Assembly (NCBI GenBank): GCA_950097015.1
Contig: CATNEN010000031.1
Location: forward strand, 372,001-436,000
DNA: 64,000 bases
Source: Macrostomum hystrix
Taxonomy: Eukaryota; Animalia; Platyhelminthes
Reading direction: 5' to 3'
In this document: positions 13,234 through 27,300 of the stretch, piece after piece
How the letters are laid out: the number at the start of each line of letters is the position of its first letter
Position numbering within the stretch: position 1 is the stretch's first letter
Notes under the pieces: model-generated
The model's database searches: none
The model's input: the letters and a program-made list of their open reading frames with translations, nothing else
What the model was told of the DNA's origin: nothing
Translations under genes and position numbers: made by a program

Positions 13234-14513
13234 CTACTTGTCTCCATCGTGCCGAAGGTCAACCCGCTCAGGAGTGGTGGCCGCCTCCTGCCGGCGGAAG
13301 TCCTCTCGGCCTAGGATGTAGACCACCAGCAGGGCGTAGGCCGTGAGGACCAGGCCAAGGCAGTTGGACAGCTTGGCAGCGTCGGGCAGCTTGGCATAGT
13401 CGCCGGCAAAGAAGTTCTTTTCTGTTAGGCCCATCAGGCAGGCGGCCACAGAACCGACAAATATGGCGGCGCCCCAGAATCTGGTTTGGTGGGTATATAC
13501 GAGCCGTATTTATTTATAAATAATAATACCCGCAGCCAGCGAGAAGGCCATTCTTCCCTTTCCGCTGGCTCTAAAGCACACACGCACGCACTCTCACAGG
13601 TGTGTACATCTGCCCTGACTCTCATCGTCAGGCAGAGTGCACTCTCACTGTGCCTTGGAGGTTGGCCCTCAAGGGCGTAAATTGCCCGACACGCCCCCAA
13701 GCCTTCTCTCCGCGTCTGCGCCCCAAATGAATATGTCCTCGCCGCGGAATCGAGCTCAGGGACCTTGTTACGAGATGCGTTAGGCCGTTCTACCACTCAG
13801 CACTATACTTATTTCCTTATTTTTACTATCTGTTTGACAATCACTCACATGTTAAGAAAAACGTTTTCATTGATATTTCAGAATATTTGTGCAATCTGAA
13901 TTGAGAACCACCTAGTAAGCTTTGATTTAGAATCGAATCGCCTGTGGACCAATATAGCTGTGTCATAGCTTATGATCAACCCTGTATTAAAACCCCAATA
14001 GCAATGAAATTCAACAGATCTGATCAACGCGCACCTATGCGAAGATAGATAAGCCGCCCGCAGACCATGGGACACGCCGGGAAAAACAAACATGACAAAG
14101 GCGGCCACCCACTGCATGCAGAACAGGATGACAACAGCCAGGCCGACCCAGGAGTGCAGACTGTACATGTTCGGTATGGTATGAGTCGGCAGGTTGTGAT
14201 ATTTGAACACGGCCACAAGGCCAACAATGCTAAAAACCAGAGCCAGGATGTGTAGTACGCCGTGTACGCTCTTCAGCAGTGGCTTGCGAGTGTTGCGAAA
14301 GACGCGATAAATCAGCGCCGAATTGGCGTACAGAAACACCATACCTATGACCATGAACAGTGGATGGTAATTGAACACCTTCTCATTGTTCCAATCAAAG
14401 CCGCCAAGGTATTTTGTTAGCCAAACGGTTGTCATGACAACTGCACTGGCGCCAGTAATTAAGGCGAGTAGTACCCACACAGTGAACGACTTTAGAGAAT
14501 TGTCGCCAGCCAT
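13234..14513 (-). CDS. Cytochrome b561 family protein (CYB561/Dcytb-like), exons 14513-14035 and 13480-13234, 241 aa
   Basis: Heme-ligand motifs FNYHPLFM, KSVHGVLH, SLHSWVG and, across the splice CATAG|gtgcgc...aaaccag|ATTCTGG, HRFWG followed by LMGLTEK; six hydrophobic segments; 726 nt in frame. Confidence 0.93.
13500..13808 (-). mobile_element. tRNA-derived SINE family B, in the cytochrome b561 intron
   Basis: Minus strand reads gctgagtggtagaacg...gagctcgattccgcggcg (A box, B-like box), then cctgacgatgag...cagggcagatgtacac, shared with the 27275 and 32545 copies. Confidence 0.8.
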
Positions 14514-14669
14514 GATTTTCTATGATGCTCTTGTCCGTTAGTTCAGGAAAGCTGAAATATAGGCAGTGGTGGACCTTCTTAGTTTTCGATCCTATTGAAT
14601 TTACTTCTAGTCTAGTCTAGGTCATAATCAGTTGAGTTTAAGCAGGCTGAGGTATATACCAATAGAAAT

Positions 14670-14905
14670 GAGAAAACCAGTTGGGCCAGATGCACAGCCG
14701 GACCCGACAGATATTCAGTCCGGGGACTGGGGGGGGGCACCACACTCGCAAGAATTTCTACCCCAGCTGATGCTGGTACCAATTTTACAGCTCGATAAAC
14801 TGAAGCTCTCGAAAATCAACTGTCTTGCTTAAGGACACAAATTGTTTTCCTTGGGCCGAAATTCGAACTGCCATTCAGTCAAAGGTTAGAAGCTTTAACC
14901 ACTGA
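14670..14905 (-). mobile_element. SINE family A
   Basis: Minus strand reads tcagtggttaaagc...gttcgaatttc...tttgtgtccttaagcaagacag...ggtaccagcatcagctgggg...ccccagtcc. Confidence 0.8.
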
Positions 14906-17900
14906 TCTTCCGTGGGCTGGTGCAGGCAGAAAGTAACGAACCTCCGGGAATAAACGAAGAGCAGTGGTACCTCATATCAGAACTCACGAAATACGTTGGG
15001 CACATACGGCAGCTACTCGTATTGTTGAGTTTATTCAGCTTAGTTGAAGGTTATTTCAAATTGATCTTAACGCCACAGTATATAATGTAATGAGAATATC
15101 TACTTAACTCTGTCAGTTTTTTGTAGTGTGCGACCAGATTCGAGTAGGCGGACTTAACTAAAACTGCACGAAGAAAGGCCAGCAAACGGTGTCAAATTAT
15201 CAGCGCTTTTTATTTTGCAAAAATCCAAGGCAACATTTCAATTAACTCTAACATCGACGAAGCAACAGCTATGAGCCGAAGAAAGTGACGACACGAATTT
15301 AGTTATATTTTACCCAGCCAAGAGAGCAGGCCTGCTTCTGGGTCGCATTCCGCTAAGTGCTGTTCCCGTATATATGTTTATGAATTCGGCAGTCAGGGTG
15401 GCTGGCGCGAACACTGAATACCCAATGGAAGAAAGCAGGAAAGGCCAAGAAAAAAGCGCACTACTATATGAAGCAACTGCTGCGCAAATTTCGTTCCTTT
15501 CACAAGCCGCCTTCTGCAACTAGCACTGGCAATGCACATCCAAGCAGTTAGCCTTGGCATCTTCGCAGTGTACACTTCGCTTTGGTATCAAATCCTTTGT
15601 ACCAAAGCAGCAGGAAAACTAAAAAATGGACTAAACTCCCCCGCAGCATAAAAACTGGAATGACTGGCAACATTTCCATACCAAAGATGAAATATCAATA
15701 TTTAAACATGTGTTAGCCAATCCTAACATTGCCAGCTTGCACAAATTTGCATCATAAAAAATCACTCATAACTAATGCTATTTTATTTTTCAATAAATGA
15801 ACTCCAACTAATGAAAGTAGTTCTTTTTGCACTAAAAAACTGCTTCATTTTGTGTGCCAATATCATAGCTCATGAAAGTAATGTTATGTCAGTTGAATGT
15901 ACATATTTACAAATGCATATAATTTTGTACAATATTTTAAATAACAGGAACCAAATATTTTAGGGTGTACACAATATGCTATTTGTGCTAATTAACCTAC
16001 CAAACCATGATGAAACGAATTAATTAATAAAAATTTTAAAGAAAGCTTTCTTATTTCAAGACAGCATAGACAAATTCCAAGTGAAGTTCAAGCAAGTTTA
16101 TAAAAGTACATTAGTTTCTGCATCTAAAATGGGAACTGCATCAGAAAAATTGCTAATGATGCTGAGATTTCTAAACCTAGAACATTATTCAATTAAGTCT
16201 AGTAAGAGTCTGTTTGATTTACACAAAATTATCTAATATACTGCACTTAATATAAATTTTAAAATAAAAAAGTGAAGTTGATTTAGTCTTTGGCCAGCAC
16301 AGTCCTAAAAAAGTGAGTTTGATTTAGTCAGCACTGGGGTTTACTTTAGTCCATAGTGAAGAAATGAAATCAATTCAGTCAAGTGCCACATATTTAAGCT
16401 CTTCCATGACTTGATTTAAGTCAAAGTGAATTTTATTTAGTCACCATGGTGGCAGCTGTAGGCATTTGCAGCATTACAATCTCTAAGCAGTAACTCTGCA
16501 AAGACTCATTGACCCCTTTATCGGCAATTTAGGTTTATCTGCCAGAAATGTTATCATTAAATACAAACAAAGTGGATGCATTCAGGCCTTGAGACAAGGT
16601 GCAAATAAGTCAAAAGCTTTAACTGAAACTATGCTTGACAGCCTTGTTGAATTTGTTGGTGAAACACCGACCATGATGCTCAATGACATGTGCCATGCGG
16701 CAATCTCTCAATCCATGTTTACTTATTTAAAATGTAATTGTAACTTTTAAAATAATTTATTTTACATTTCTTGAGCAATATTTTTTCTTTTTAGCAAATA
16801 GCAAAGTACACTAGTCTGGCAAAGGTAAAACCAGACTCCAAAAAGTAATTTTACATGAATTTCCATAATCAACTGCTTCTTTCATTCAATAACTATTCCT
16901 TTAATTTGGAAGCAAAATTATTTTTAGGCATTCAACCTAAAATACAAGCAAGTGGGTCTCAATTAAGGATAGGACAGATAATCAAATTAATAATAATAAA
17001 AACTCTATACTAGCTAATTAAAACCCTCAACTTAAATATAGTGGTACAAACTTGATTTTAGACTTCTCTATGTAAAGGCTGCAATTGATTATCAACTTTT
17101 ATGGATAGTCATCTGACTTACTCTCATCCTTTGTGTAAGCCAACCTTTTGTTGAATATACTGAATTATTAGTAGGTTTTGTTTCAATATATAAAAATGCA
17201 CTAATATATGATAGATTAATATCACTTGCATTGTTAAAAAATTAGCTAGATCTTTTAAATTGTCTAGGTGAACAGAGATGTATCTTAAAGATAATAATTG
17301 AATGTAGATATTCCATTTTTATTGCCTGATTAAAGCAAAACTCTTTACTTTAATATCATAATTATGGCAATATCCATATATTAAACCTGACTTCCAAGTT
17401 ATACAATATCTACATTTAAACATTCCATATAATATTAAGAACTGTTTAGAATAAATAAATTTAAATTCAAGTAGCATCAATTGGTGCAAAAAATATCATT
17501 ATCCCGATGGCTATACTCATTAAATTAATATAATGGCATAAATTTACTTTTGTTTGCAAAATTATTTTCCTTTTTTAAAATGGTGCCAATGATGTGGAAT
17601 GACAAATGGGAGTTGTCTATGGCCCATAGTAGTTGCGTAGAGTTGTTTGGGACACAAAATTTTGGCTGAGTTTTATTGAGCCCTCACTATAGTTAGGATT
17701 TTAGAGACTGAGACTCTTCTGATTTGCAAATAGCTGGATGGCCCCCAAGACCATCGTGGATTGAGCCACCGAATGAAGTTCTGCTGGCAGAGGCACTGAC
17801 AGAACTAAATATGAATTCGAGGATTCTGATAGAAGTGACGGCAAGACGGCAAGTGATAGAACTGACGAGACTATGTGGTGGCTTGCTCATCATGGACTAT

Positions 17901-19404
17901 CACCCTGGCCTGTCAAGGCTTTTGACAGCATTCTATACTGGATTCATCATTAATACCCAGTTTAGGAATCTTAGACAGTCAGGAGTGCATTGAACTGAGC
18001 TGAGCAATGCTCAGTGTTGTTTAAAAATGTTTCCCACCAGTTGTTACCAGTTGACATTATCTGCTTCATTGTTCAACATTTGAAAAGAAGAACATAATTT
18101 GGCCAACAAAAGTAAATTTACACCAATATAATATATCTTTAAACTGTAAAGTTAAATTCTAAGTATGTGACTTATGTACTTACTGTCTTTCCTGTCTTTA
18201 CTTTTTAATAAAAATTAGGCATTGTAACTATTGCTTCAATATAGCTAGCAATAGCAACACAGTTGTCTTAAAAAAGAAAAATTAAGTAATTTGTTTGTTT
18301 GAGACACTAAGTTAGTACTTGAAGCCTTGAAGTACTTGAAGAGAATTTAGTGTAGTTAGATCTATCTTGATCTAACTGTATGAGTCATACAGAGAGCAAT
18401 ATGCCTAGGTAACTATTTCACTATAAAAAAGTGAGAAATTACTTAAAGCCATAAAGGCTAGTATATTTTTAGATAAAGAGAGATATTTAAGTGTATTAAA
18501 AATACATCACTTCAAACACTATATGCCATGGCTGCAAACATGAATGAACAGAGAGATCTATGTTGCTGTGCTTCGTCTGTTTTCATGGTGATGTCGTGTT
18601 AGTGTGTAGTAATTTTATAGTGTATTCAAACCGTTGGTTAGGCCAAAGAAACCATTTAAATAAATATTTTTTAATGCGATTCGTTTTAATTTTAGTTTCT
18701 GTGTTAGAGCACTAGAAAGACAATACTCAATTTGCGACAAAATTTGTATCAGAGTCTCCCTCTCATGCCTGCTAGCCAGCAGCAGCACTGTCTTTGACAC
18801 TTCTAAGAAAAAAATTATAGTTTCAATTTATTGTAGACTAACAAAGCAACCCTTTAAATGCAAAGCGATTATTTTATTAATTCAAGCAGATTTATTATTA
18901 TTATTGATTTCTAACCTGTTTAATTCGCTTCATTATGAATGAAACCGTTGCTCTAAATATTCAGTTTCTGGGTTTCTGCACGACGTCGAAACATGAAAAA
19001 ACTTGCTTTTACGAACTAGAAGACATGAAAACATTTTCGCTTGAAAAAATTACTGGCAGACTTTGTATGCGATACAAAGCCTTAGCCCTTATGCCAGGCA
19101 TATTAATTTGGACATAGTAACATTAGCCCTCGATTGGCAATCGCTGGAAAAATTGCATTTGAAATTACTGCATGTTCGCTGTACCGTCTGCTTGTTGCTA
19201 TAGCAAATTTGATGTAATTCATTAATTTTATGTTTTCATTTTTTGAAGAGTATCGAATTTGGTACTTAAATTTTAAGGACTATCTTGGTGGTACCTATTT
19301 TTGTATTATATGGAGGCTTGTGGCTGATCTATGGTTAGAGCTGAGCTGTAAGGGAAGAAACAAGAATTTTAACAATTATTTTAATTCCAAACTGTATCAA
19401 TAGA

Positions 19405-19525
19405 GCTATAAAATGGGTAGCAGCAGAGGTAAAAATCGGTGTGATGGCCTCCCCAGTCCATAGACTAAATTACTGTACACAGCAGCAGCCTCGGATGCAC
19501 CGCGCAGTCGCTACTGCTGTGTCAC
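19405..19525 (+). mobile_element. SINE family A, 3' fragment
   Basis: aaaatgggtagcagc...ccccagtccatagact...gcctcggatgcaccgcgcag. Confidence 0.6.
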
Positions 19526-21399
19526 TAATATATTGCTTTTCGATCTGGCTCACTGCTGAATAGGTTATCGACTGAATATGGTACCATCCTAAGTCTTAAC
19601 AAGACTAGGTTTATCTTGTCTAAAAAACTTTCTGCTATGCTGTTACACTATTGCATGCAAAAATGTGCTTCTCTCTTTCATATTTTCATGCCTTCATATT
19701 TAAGATATTTTGCTTGTATGCCAAGGTCCAAGGTAGGCCAAGGCTTTTAAAGCTGCAAGAATCAAAGAACTACCGGGCAACAGAAGAGTATCTATTCAAT
19801 AAAGACAAACAGAAAGGCGACGAGAAATAGCGAAACATTTCAGAGCCTAGCAGCCTAACTAGAGATCGATTTTATACAAAAAAGGAGTGATAAAGTAAAG
19901 CTCTTTGACTTCCAAGCTGTAAAAACTTTGTTAGTTAAATCTACATGTAGCTATACGAAATTACGTTCGCAGCTCCTCAGCTGTAGTAGATGTACGATTT
20001 CATGCGTCTGCAGGTACACCTCCACCGCAAGTCTCGCGCTTCTCGCCTACTTGGTAATAAAACTGCCGCGCGACACAAGCTTGCTACAGAAATAATTGGG
20101 ATGGAGAAAAATTAGGGGTAGTCGGGCATTGTACAATGTGCAGTCGTCTTCATTTCCCATTCCTTCTTTTCGCTTGCGCAATAATGATGCCTTCCCTCGC
20201 TTAATCTGTTTCGTTCATATCCGAGAGGTTTGGGAAGCGAAAAAACATCCAAGTGTTTGGGTTCGAGAGTCGGAAAGTAGAAAGGGACGGACAGAATGGG
20301 AAGTGCAGACCTGGTAGAAGGGGATCGATTGATTGGTCCGCGCCTGTTGGCGCCGCGGTGGATGCAAGGATCTTGGGGAAGCTGCTGGGAGCAGTCTGGT
20401 GGATGATTTCATTTCCCCCTATTTTTCGTGACGTCGGAGAGCGGGGGCGGGCGGTTGCGCGCTGCACGGGGAGGAGGTTGCGCTGTTTTCAGTGAAGCCT
20501 CCAGGAATGCGGCAGGGTCGAGAAAGCAACGCAGCCGCCACCCCCTCCTAATCCCTAAAACCCAGTCAGTCATTGGCTCCCATCGTAGCCAGATTTTAGC
20601 TTGCAGCAGCTTTTCTGTTTAGATTCCGCCCGGATAGCCCGCTTTTCTTCCGTCACTCCGTTTCTATAGATTCCCTTTATACACTAGTCGATTCTTGCCG
20701 CATAAGTCGCTACCCATTTAAATATTCACCTGGTTGTTGCTCCGCTAAACAAAAGTTTTCACCCTATTATCTTCTTCGATTTCAAAGTGAGCCGGGTTCG
20801 GAAGCTCCGTTTGGACGTTCCGCTGCAAGGTAAGAATTACGAGTATGATCAGCTGGATTTGGCAATCATGATCTAACTTTGCATGATGCATAATTTGCAA
20901 ACCCTTAGGCTACCAATAATGAAACATCACTATTGCCTCTGAAGGGCTAGCATGTGTTTGTGTCAAAATTCTGCAGCTTCTGATTTCCCAGCAATGAGTA
21001 TTTAAGGGAGAAATCGAAATCGCAGTCAGCTGAACTTTTACGAAACAACGCAGCAATTACGCCCTTGCCTTCTAAGTGCTGCGCAAATCGAAATCTCCGA
21101 TTCCTCGACTTTGAAGACGGTACAAATTCACGAGTCCTCTCGCTTTCGTATTCGCAGGTGTGCGATCTAGGCGTCCTTTTTTATTTAATTATGCAATTTT
21201 GGTTTGCCAGACGTCCTATCAATGGTTTGAAACATAAAAACTAATTAAAAAACAGGTCGCACGATTACGACTTAATCAAACTGTTGAACAGAATTTCTTC
21301 CGACTTTCTTGTCTACATGGACGGCTGCGTTCCATAGAATCGCATATAAACTAGACTATAGATTCGGAGAGTCTCCCACACCACCGTCGGATTGGAGCG

Positions 21400-24300
21400 A
21401 TGTTCAAGAGCGTCTTCAAGACCTTTCAGAAGCAGGGTACCGTTGAGATTCCGGTGGATCCGGGTGAGTATTTTGCATTGTCATAGTTTAATATTTGAAG
21501 ATAAAAAGTTTTTGTAAGTCTGGTGGCAGCGCCTTCTACCAGGGACTACTAAATAGGAAAATCGAGGTTACCCCATCTCGCGTCACTGCATAAGAAATGT
21601 CAAATAAATATCAAGAGGAATTTTTGGCCTTCTAAATAAGTGTTTCCGTTACTGGATAATGCCAATTTTATCGGCATTAATTCAGCATGACTTAGAAATG
21701 TGTCCACTTAAGACACGGACTCTTAAAAACCAATCAGCATTCGTCCCTGAAACACATTTTAACATTGCAAGCATTTTGAAGGTGGTGCTTTTGGGTCTAC
21801 AAATATGGGCCGATTGTTGCACGCACGCCTGAAATGTCTATGGCCACGGCTAGCTACGAGAATACTTGTCTTGCTAAACAGGCCATAACTTTGGTCATAG
21901 ACATTTAAATAATCGTTACACTCTTCCAATGTCTATGACTAAGAGGAGCTTAAAATCATAAAATGACAGTGGAGAACGCCACTTTGCACACATTGGTGCT
22001 GTCATAGCCATTCTCAAATACATCATAGCAGCATTGGTAATAAGAAAAAAAGTTCGAAAAACTCTGTAAACTCTGTATGGTAATAGTGGTATAGAAAGAA
22101 AATGAAAGCCAGCAATATGCGATCTCGATAGACCTACCGCCGTAGGTGCGCGAGTTTGAATTTATCCCAGATCTCGTGCACAGCTATGCGCACATCGCGC
22201 CATACTTCCAAGAACTTTTAGCGTCTTCGTGCATTTCTTATATTCGATTGCGCTAGATACGTCAATCGTCCATTAGCCAAATTAATAGCAGGCTGCGATA
22301 AAGCTGCCAGAATACTAAATCGTAGACATTTAATGCCTTCGGTATACAAGCGAGCTCCTGTCTCGCCTAACAGATGGTGGCTTGTCAAGCCCCGTCATTC
22401 AAAACAAACCCCTTGACTGCCAGCTTTATTCCCTGGTGCTGACGCACATGGCAGGGTAAATGAACCGCTGTGCAAGCACATGCACAGAAGCCGATCTTGC
22501 AGGAGTGACGACTAGAAGGTTGTGCTGCTTTTCTCTGGTCTCGCTTCCCAGAATCAAGATCGACTTTCATAACGCAGGCGCTCTTTTGGCCACTGTAAAT
22601 AGGAATTTTCGAATGGAATTTTGGCACCCGGGGAAAAGCACTACTAAGGGCGCGTTACACTTTTTGTGCGGCTGTGTGGGGGCTGAAAGGGACAGCGAAT
22701 GCGTACCCGGTTTCACTTTCAGTTGGACAGTGAGGTACTGAATAGGGATAATCTGAGAGAGTGGTTGGTGTTGGAGTCAGCGATGCAAATTTCTGTACTC
22801 CCTCCCCAATGCGATAGCTCGCATCTCTAACAAACGCTAGCAGCTGCACCGCATCTTAGCCTGCCTGACAGAGAGTGGGAGTGAGGACTGGCGGACCCAG
22901 TTCGATTCTGAGGGAGAGAAGGGGACCGCCTGACAGACTGAAAACCCACAACGGACTTCCTCTTCGCCATTCCTGCAAGCTTCGCTTGAGGGACCTCGTC
23001 GCGTGTTCGCTTGATGGATTGCTGGCGCACCTTGGTGCGGACGAAGCGAATGGGTTCTAAGGTGGGCGACTCGAATCGTATGCCATCCACCTCTGCGTGC
23101 TTGGCTTATTTCGTGAACTGCTGCAAGCTACCAATGGATGTTATTTTGGATAGTCACATTGAATCTGTTCCAGACGACAGAGTTAAAGTTGGCTTACCAA
23201 TACGCATAATTGTTAATTGATGCGATTAGGCTTTTTGCCCCTAGTTCTTGTCCCACTTTTTTCTATAAATAATGGACTTTCTGTATAAAAATTACTTTAA
23301 TCTTGTGGAGCTATCTTTTCTAAAGGTGCATGATGTGATGCCGGATTAGTTCAACGAGTTTAAATCATGTTTAAATCACGAGTTTAAAGCATGAAACCCC
23401 TCATTCACTTATTCATATATCCACCCACCCATCCATCTATCCATCCATCCATCCATCCATCCATCCATCCTTCCATCCATCCTTCCATCCATCCATCCAT
23501 TCAATCCATCCATCCATCGATCCATCCATCCAAATATCTATCCATCCATCCATCCATCCATCCACCTATCCATCCATCCATCCATCCATCTACCTATCCA
23601 TCCATCCATCCGTAAGTTTATTTCTGAGCATATCAATTTAACCATAAAATCCACCCATCAGCTCCATCTATCCATCGGTCAATTCTTCTATTCACCCACT
23701 TATTTTCATAGTGCATGGAGGCTAAAATTTACCCCTCCCGTAAACCACCCTCCCTGCGATTTCCAGATGAGACCGACCCTAATGTGTTAAAGAAGAAGGT
23801 GGAAATAAAGAAGAACAGAAACGTTGAGAAGGACTATGAGATCGAGGAAGTCATTGGAAAGTGAGCCATTTATTCATTTGATCATTACAATCTTCTTTGG
23901 CCAATTTGGCCGGTTACCAAGACTTCCTTTTATGACATTTTCTCCATCCGCCTCTCTTGATGCGAACTTTAATGTGGCTAATATGGGATGATGTGAATCT
24001 AAATCCTGGCCACCCTACCCGCGTTTCCCTGGTACATAGCCTCTCAATTCTGTGAGTTAATTGCATCTTGGATACCACTGAACCTGATTTGCAGCGGTCG
24101 ATTCGGTGAAGTTCACAAGTGCATCGAGAGGGCCACATCAAAGCCATTCGCTGCGAAATACGTAGCCACAAACAACAACGACGACAAGGAGAGTGTGTGC
24201 AGCGAGATCGCCATCATGAAAAAGCTGAAGCATCCAAGACTTCTGCAGCTATATGATGCCTATTTCTACCGGAACACTTATGTGCTAATCTTAGAGCTGT

Positions 24301-27300
24301 GAGTTACTACTGAATTTACTAATGTACTACTCGTAGATGTGCTAAATACAGGTAAACATGCGCTTTCGTACGAGTATTAACTTTTTCGTCACAAACTCCA
24401 GCATTACAGGTGGCGAGCTCTTTGATCGAGTGATCGATGAAAGCTTCGACCTGACGGAGGCTAAGTGCGAAAAGTTCATGCGCGAAATATGCGAGGGTAT
24501 TGAGTACATCCACTCGCAGAATGTTATCCACCTGGATCTGAAGGTTTGTTGTGGTCAAATAGTCATCATTCAATTGACTTTGGCTATATACTCGTAGGTC
24601 ATAAATGAACTCGACTGATTAATGTGTTGTTAATGTGTTAATCGACACCAACCGCAGCCGGAGAACATCCTGTGCCTGACCCGCACTGGCTACCGCATCA
24701 AGATCATCGACTTCGGCCTGTCCCGCTATTGCGCACCGGACCTGCGAGTGATGTTCGGCACACCCGAGTTTGTATCACCCGAGGTGCTGGCATACGAGCA
24801 AGTTGGCACACCCGCTGACATGTGGTCCGTTGGTGTCATCTGCTATGTCCTGTGAGTGCTTCACTTCTGCTGCTTTTACGCTTATCTGTTTTTTTTCAGA
24901 TAAGCCATTTTGAGCTGTGCGCAAATAGAGCATTAGGATAATTCTCCATAAGCGCGAAAGACACAAATACGAGGTTAATTCTTCCCATTTTAAATCCTGA
25001 TGGCAGTTAAAAAGCCAGGCAACTCATAGTGTCAGCACAAATTTAACCTCTTTTCAGCTTGTCCGGTCTGTCTCCCTTCATGGGTGACAATGAGTTCGAG
25101 ACCTTTTCAAACATCTCCAAGGTTTCATACTCCTTCGACTTTCCTGAGTTCGACGAAATCTCGGCGGACGCTAGGGACTTTGTGCGGCGCCTGCTTCAGA
25201 AGGACGCCAAGTGAGTTTTATGAAGTGCTTGAAATTCTTCTCCTTACATTAATGTTATAGGGACTCGTATTAGGGATCCCCAGTGTAGGGTTCCTTGAAG
25301 TTAGACACTTAATCAGTGTCGAATGTTACACGTGTCGAGACGACTGTTTAGTCATGTCAGTTGCTGCTGACACAGTAAAAGTACGCCATGCAATGTGAAG
25401 ATGTAAACAAAACCCATGCAATGCTGCGAGCCTAAAAGTGCATGTACACATGAGTGCCCCAGATAAAAATCGCCAGGTTCCAGGCTGTGGCATTCGCCGT
25501 TCAGAGAACCATAGTCGTGCGCAAAGTCTTAGTTATTGCTGCCAATGAAAGGCAAGTGACATTTGCGACCGCCATTGACCATTCAGAGGCCGCCCTGGTT
25601 GATGTAGTCTGTTGGGCTCCTTTAAGACAACATGGAAGTAGCATTATAATATATCCTAGGGGTTGTATAAACACACTGACTGAATAATCTTCCTAGGTTA
25701 TTAGTCGACCACCGCACGTTCTTGTAGGACAGTAGCGGGCTTATCCATCAGAATCGGAAACCCCGGGCTTTGTCTACATCATCATTTTTGTGACTGGCTT
25801 TAGCCAAGCTTCTGTAGATTTATCTTTCCACATTTATGATGCTTTGAAAAGACCATGCAGACCAGTAAAAAACTCAAAGTTTCGGTACTTAGCTTTCTTT
25901 CTATTTCTACTGGCTGGTAAAACCCTAGGGAAGGTGCCGCTTGGCTTGTAATAGATTGCGCTTTTCCTAAATTGCTGTCTATGCTGCGTGTTCCAGTAAA
26001 AACCAGAAGCTCCCATTTTAAGGTGCAACGCTTTTCCTGGCCCAAACTCGTCCCAGTACAAGGTGTACGGTCGTATGGTGTGACACGTACGCAGCTCAGT
26101 GCGCTGACAGGAATGCCCTGCTTTAGGCGCATCCTTGAAAACTTTTACTGCAGGGAGAAAAGGAAAATGGGATAAGGGACAACAAGCGCATAGTGCACAG
26201 AGTTCTTCCTTTTTCTGCAATCTGTTAGCCTTTTGCCTGCCTCGCGAGATTTGTTTACCATACTTGGCAGTACAAAAGAAGCCAGCCATATTCGGGAGTC
26301 AACTGCCACCTCTGTCCGTTTAACTGGTCCATATTTCATTTAATTCACCGCCTTTCAATCCAAAAGCGTTTTTCTGTTGATTTATTTGCTCCATTATGTC
26401 TGGGTCCATCTAGGTCTAATACCACTTTTGGTCTTGAAATCTATTCCTTTCTGTTGGGAAATCCAACAAAGGCTATCCTAAGAAGAGAACTCATCGAAAA
26501 TGTCCGTGTGGTTGCCATTTAGAAAAAAATATTCATCTGTTGCGATTTTGAAGTGCTTATATATGAAATTATTTTGTTATTGCTCTGAGCTTACTTCCTA
26601 ACGAGACATGAATGCATTTTTAACGTTCCTAAGTTAATGTCTTCTCGTAAATCAAATCGTCCGGTTTTATCATTTCAGGAGCCGCCTCACAGCTAGTCAG
26701 TGCTTGAGACACACCTGGTTGAAGGTAAGTGTCCAAGTACAATTTTCTTACTTACTTTTATTCCTGTTTAGCGTAGATGATTCCCACAGAAATTTAGTCT
26801 CATATTTTTATTACTTTGTTTAGAATCCGGAGGCCAGCGCTCACCAGGGTCACGTTTGCAAGAGGCGCTTGAAGAGCTGGGTCTATCGCAGAAAGTGGCA
26901 CGTAAGTAAAGAATATAAAGCAAGAACAGATATATAGCAAGAATATACTGTCATTGTGACACGGGCAAGCCGTAATTACACATTCCTGCCGACGGAAGAC
27001 CTCATCTTCAAGATCCGATAGATTTAGTACTCGATTGGAACACGGGAAGATGGTGTCTAATAAAAAATGTGGAAAAACGCGAAAAACGCGTGTAAGACCG
27101 TAAGAATAGGCTGCAGGCCTAATTCACCTTCGTGGATGACGCCGAACGAATAGCATTTCTACTGAGCTTGTCAGTAGATAATAGCAGATAGTATAGATCG
27201 TAAAATAGTGGAGCTTGAAGGATTCTGATCGAGAGGTCAGATTGTTATTATTATAATAATAATAATTATTGCAGGAGGGCTGCGGTATCCTGAGCACACA

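Larger units (their letters stand above)
6670..13342. repeat. Direct tandem duplication of 3333 bp (6670-10002 and 10010-13342) with a 7-nt junction insert
   Basis: ORF translations are identical at a constant 3340-bp offset (7570/10910, 9239/12579, 9768/13108); the junction reads ...gtaggcc-CTGCCTA-ggaaatttttac. Confidence 0.97.

Noticed and set aside
17690-18000. GC-richer island with short ORFs in an AT-rich region
   Set aside because: No recognisable domain and no consistent splice partners; possibly a decayed element.
19946-20088. Possible solo LTR (TGTAG...CTACA, AATAAA, gcaagtctcgc shared with the Gypsy LTR)
   Set aside because: No TSD at either candidate start, and only an 11-nt match to the LTR.
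22800-23220. Short overlapping ORFs in the first coding intron of the kinase gene
   Set aside because: No motif and no in-phase donor to the next kinase exon identified.
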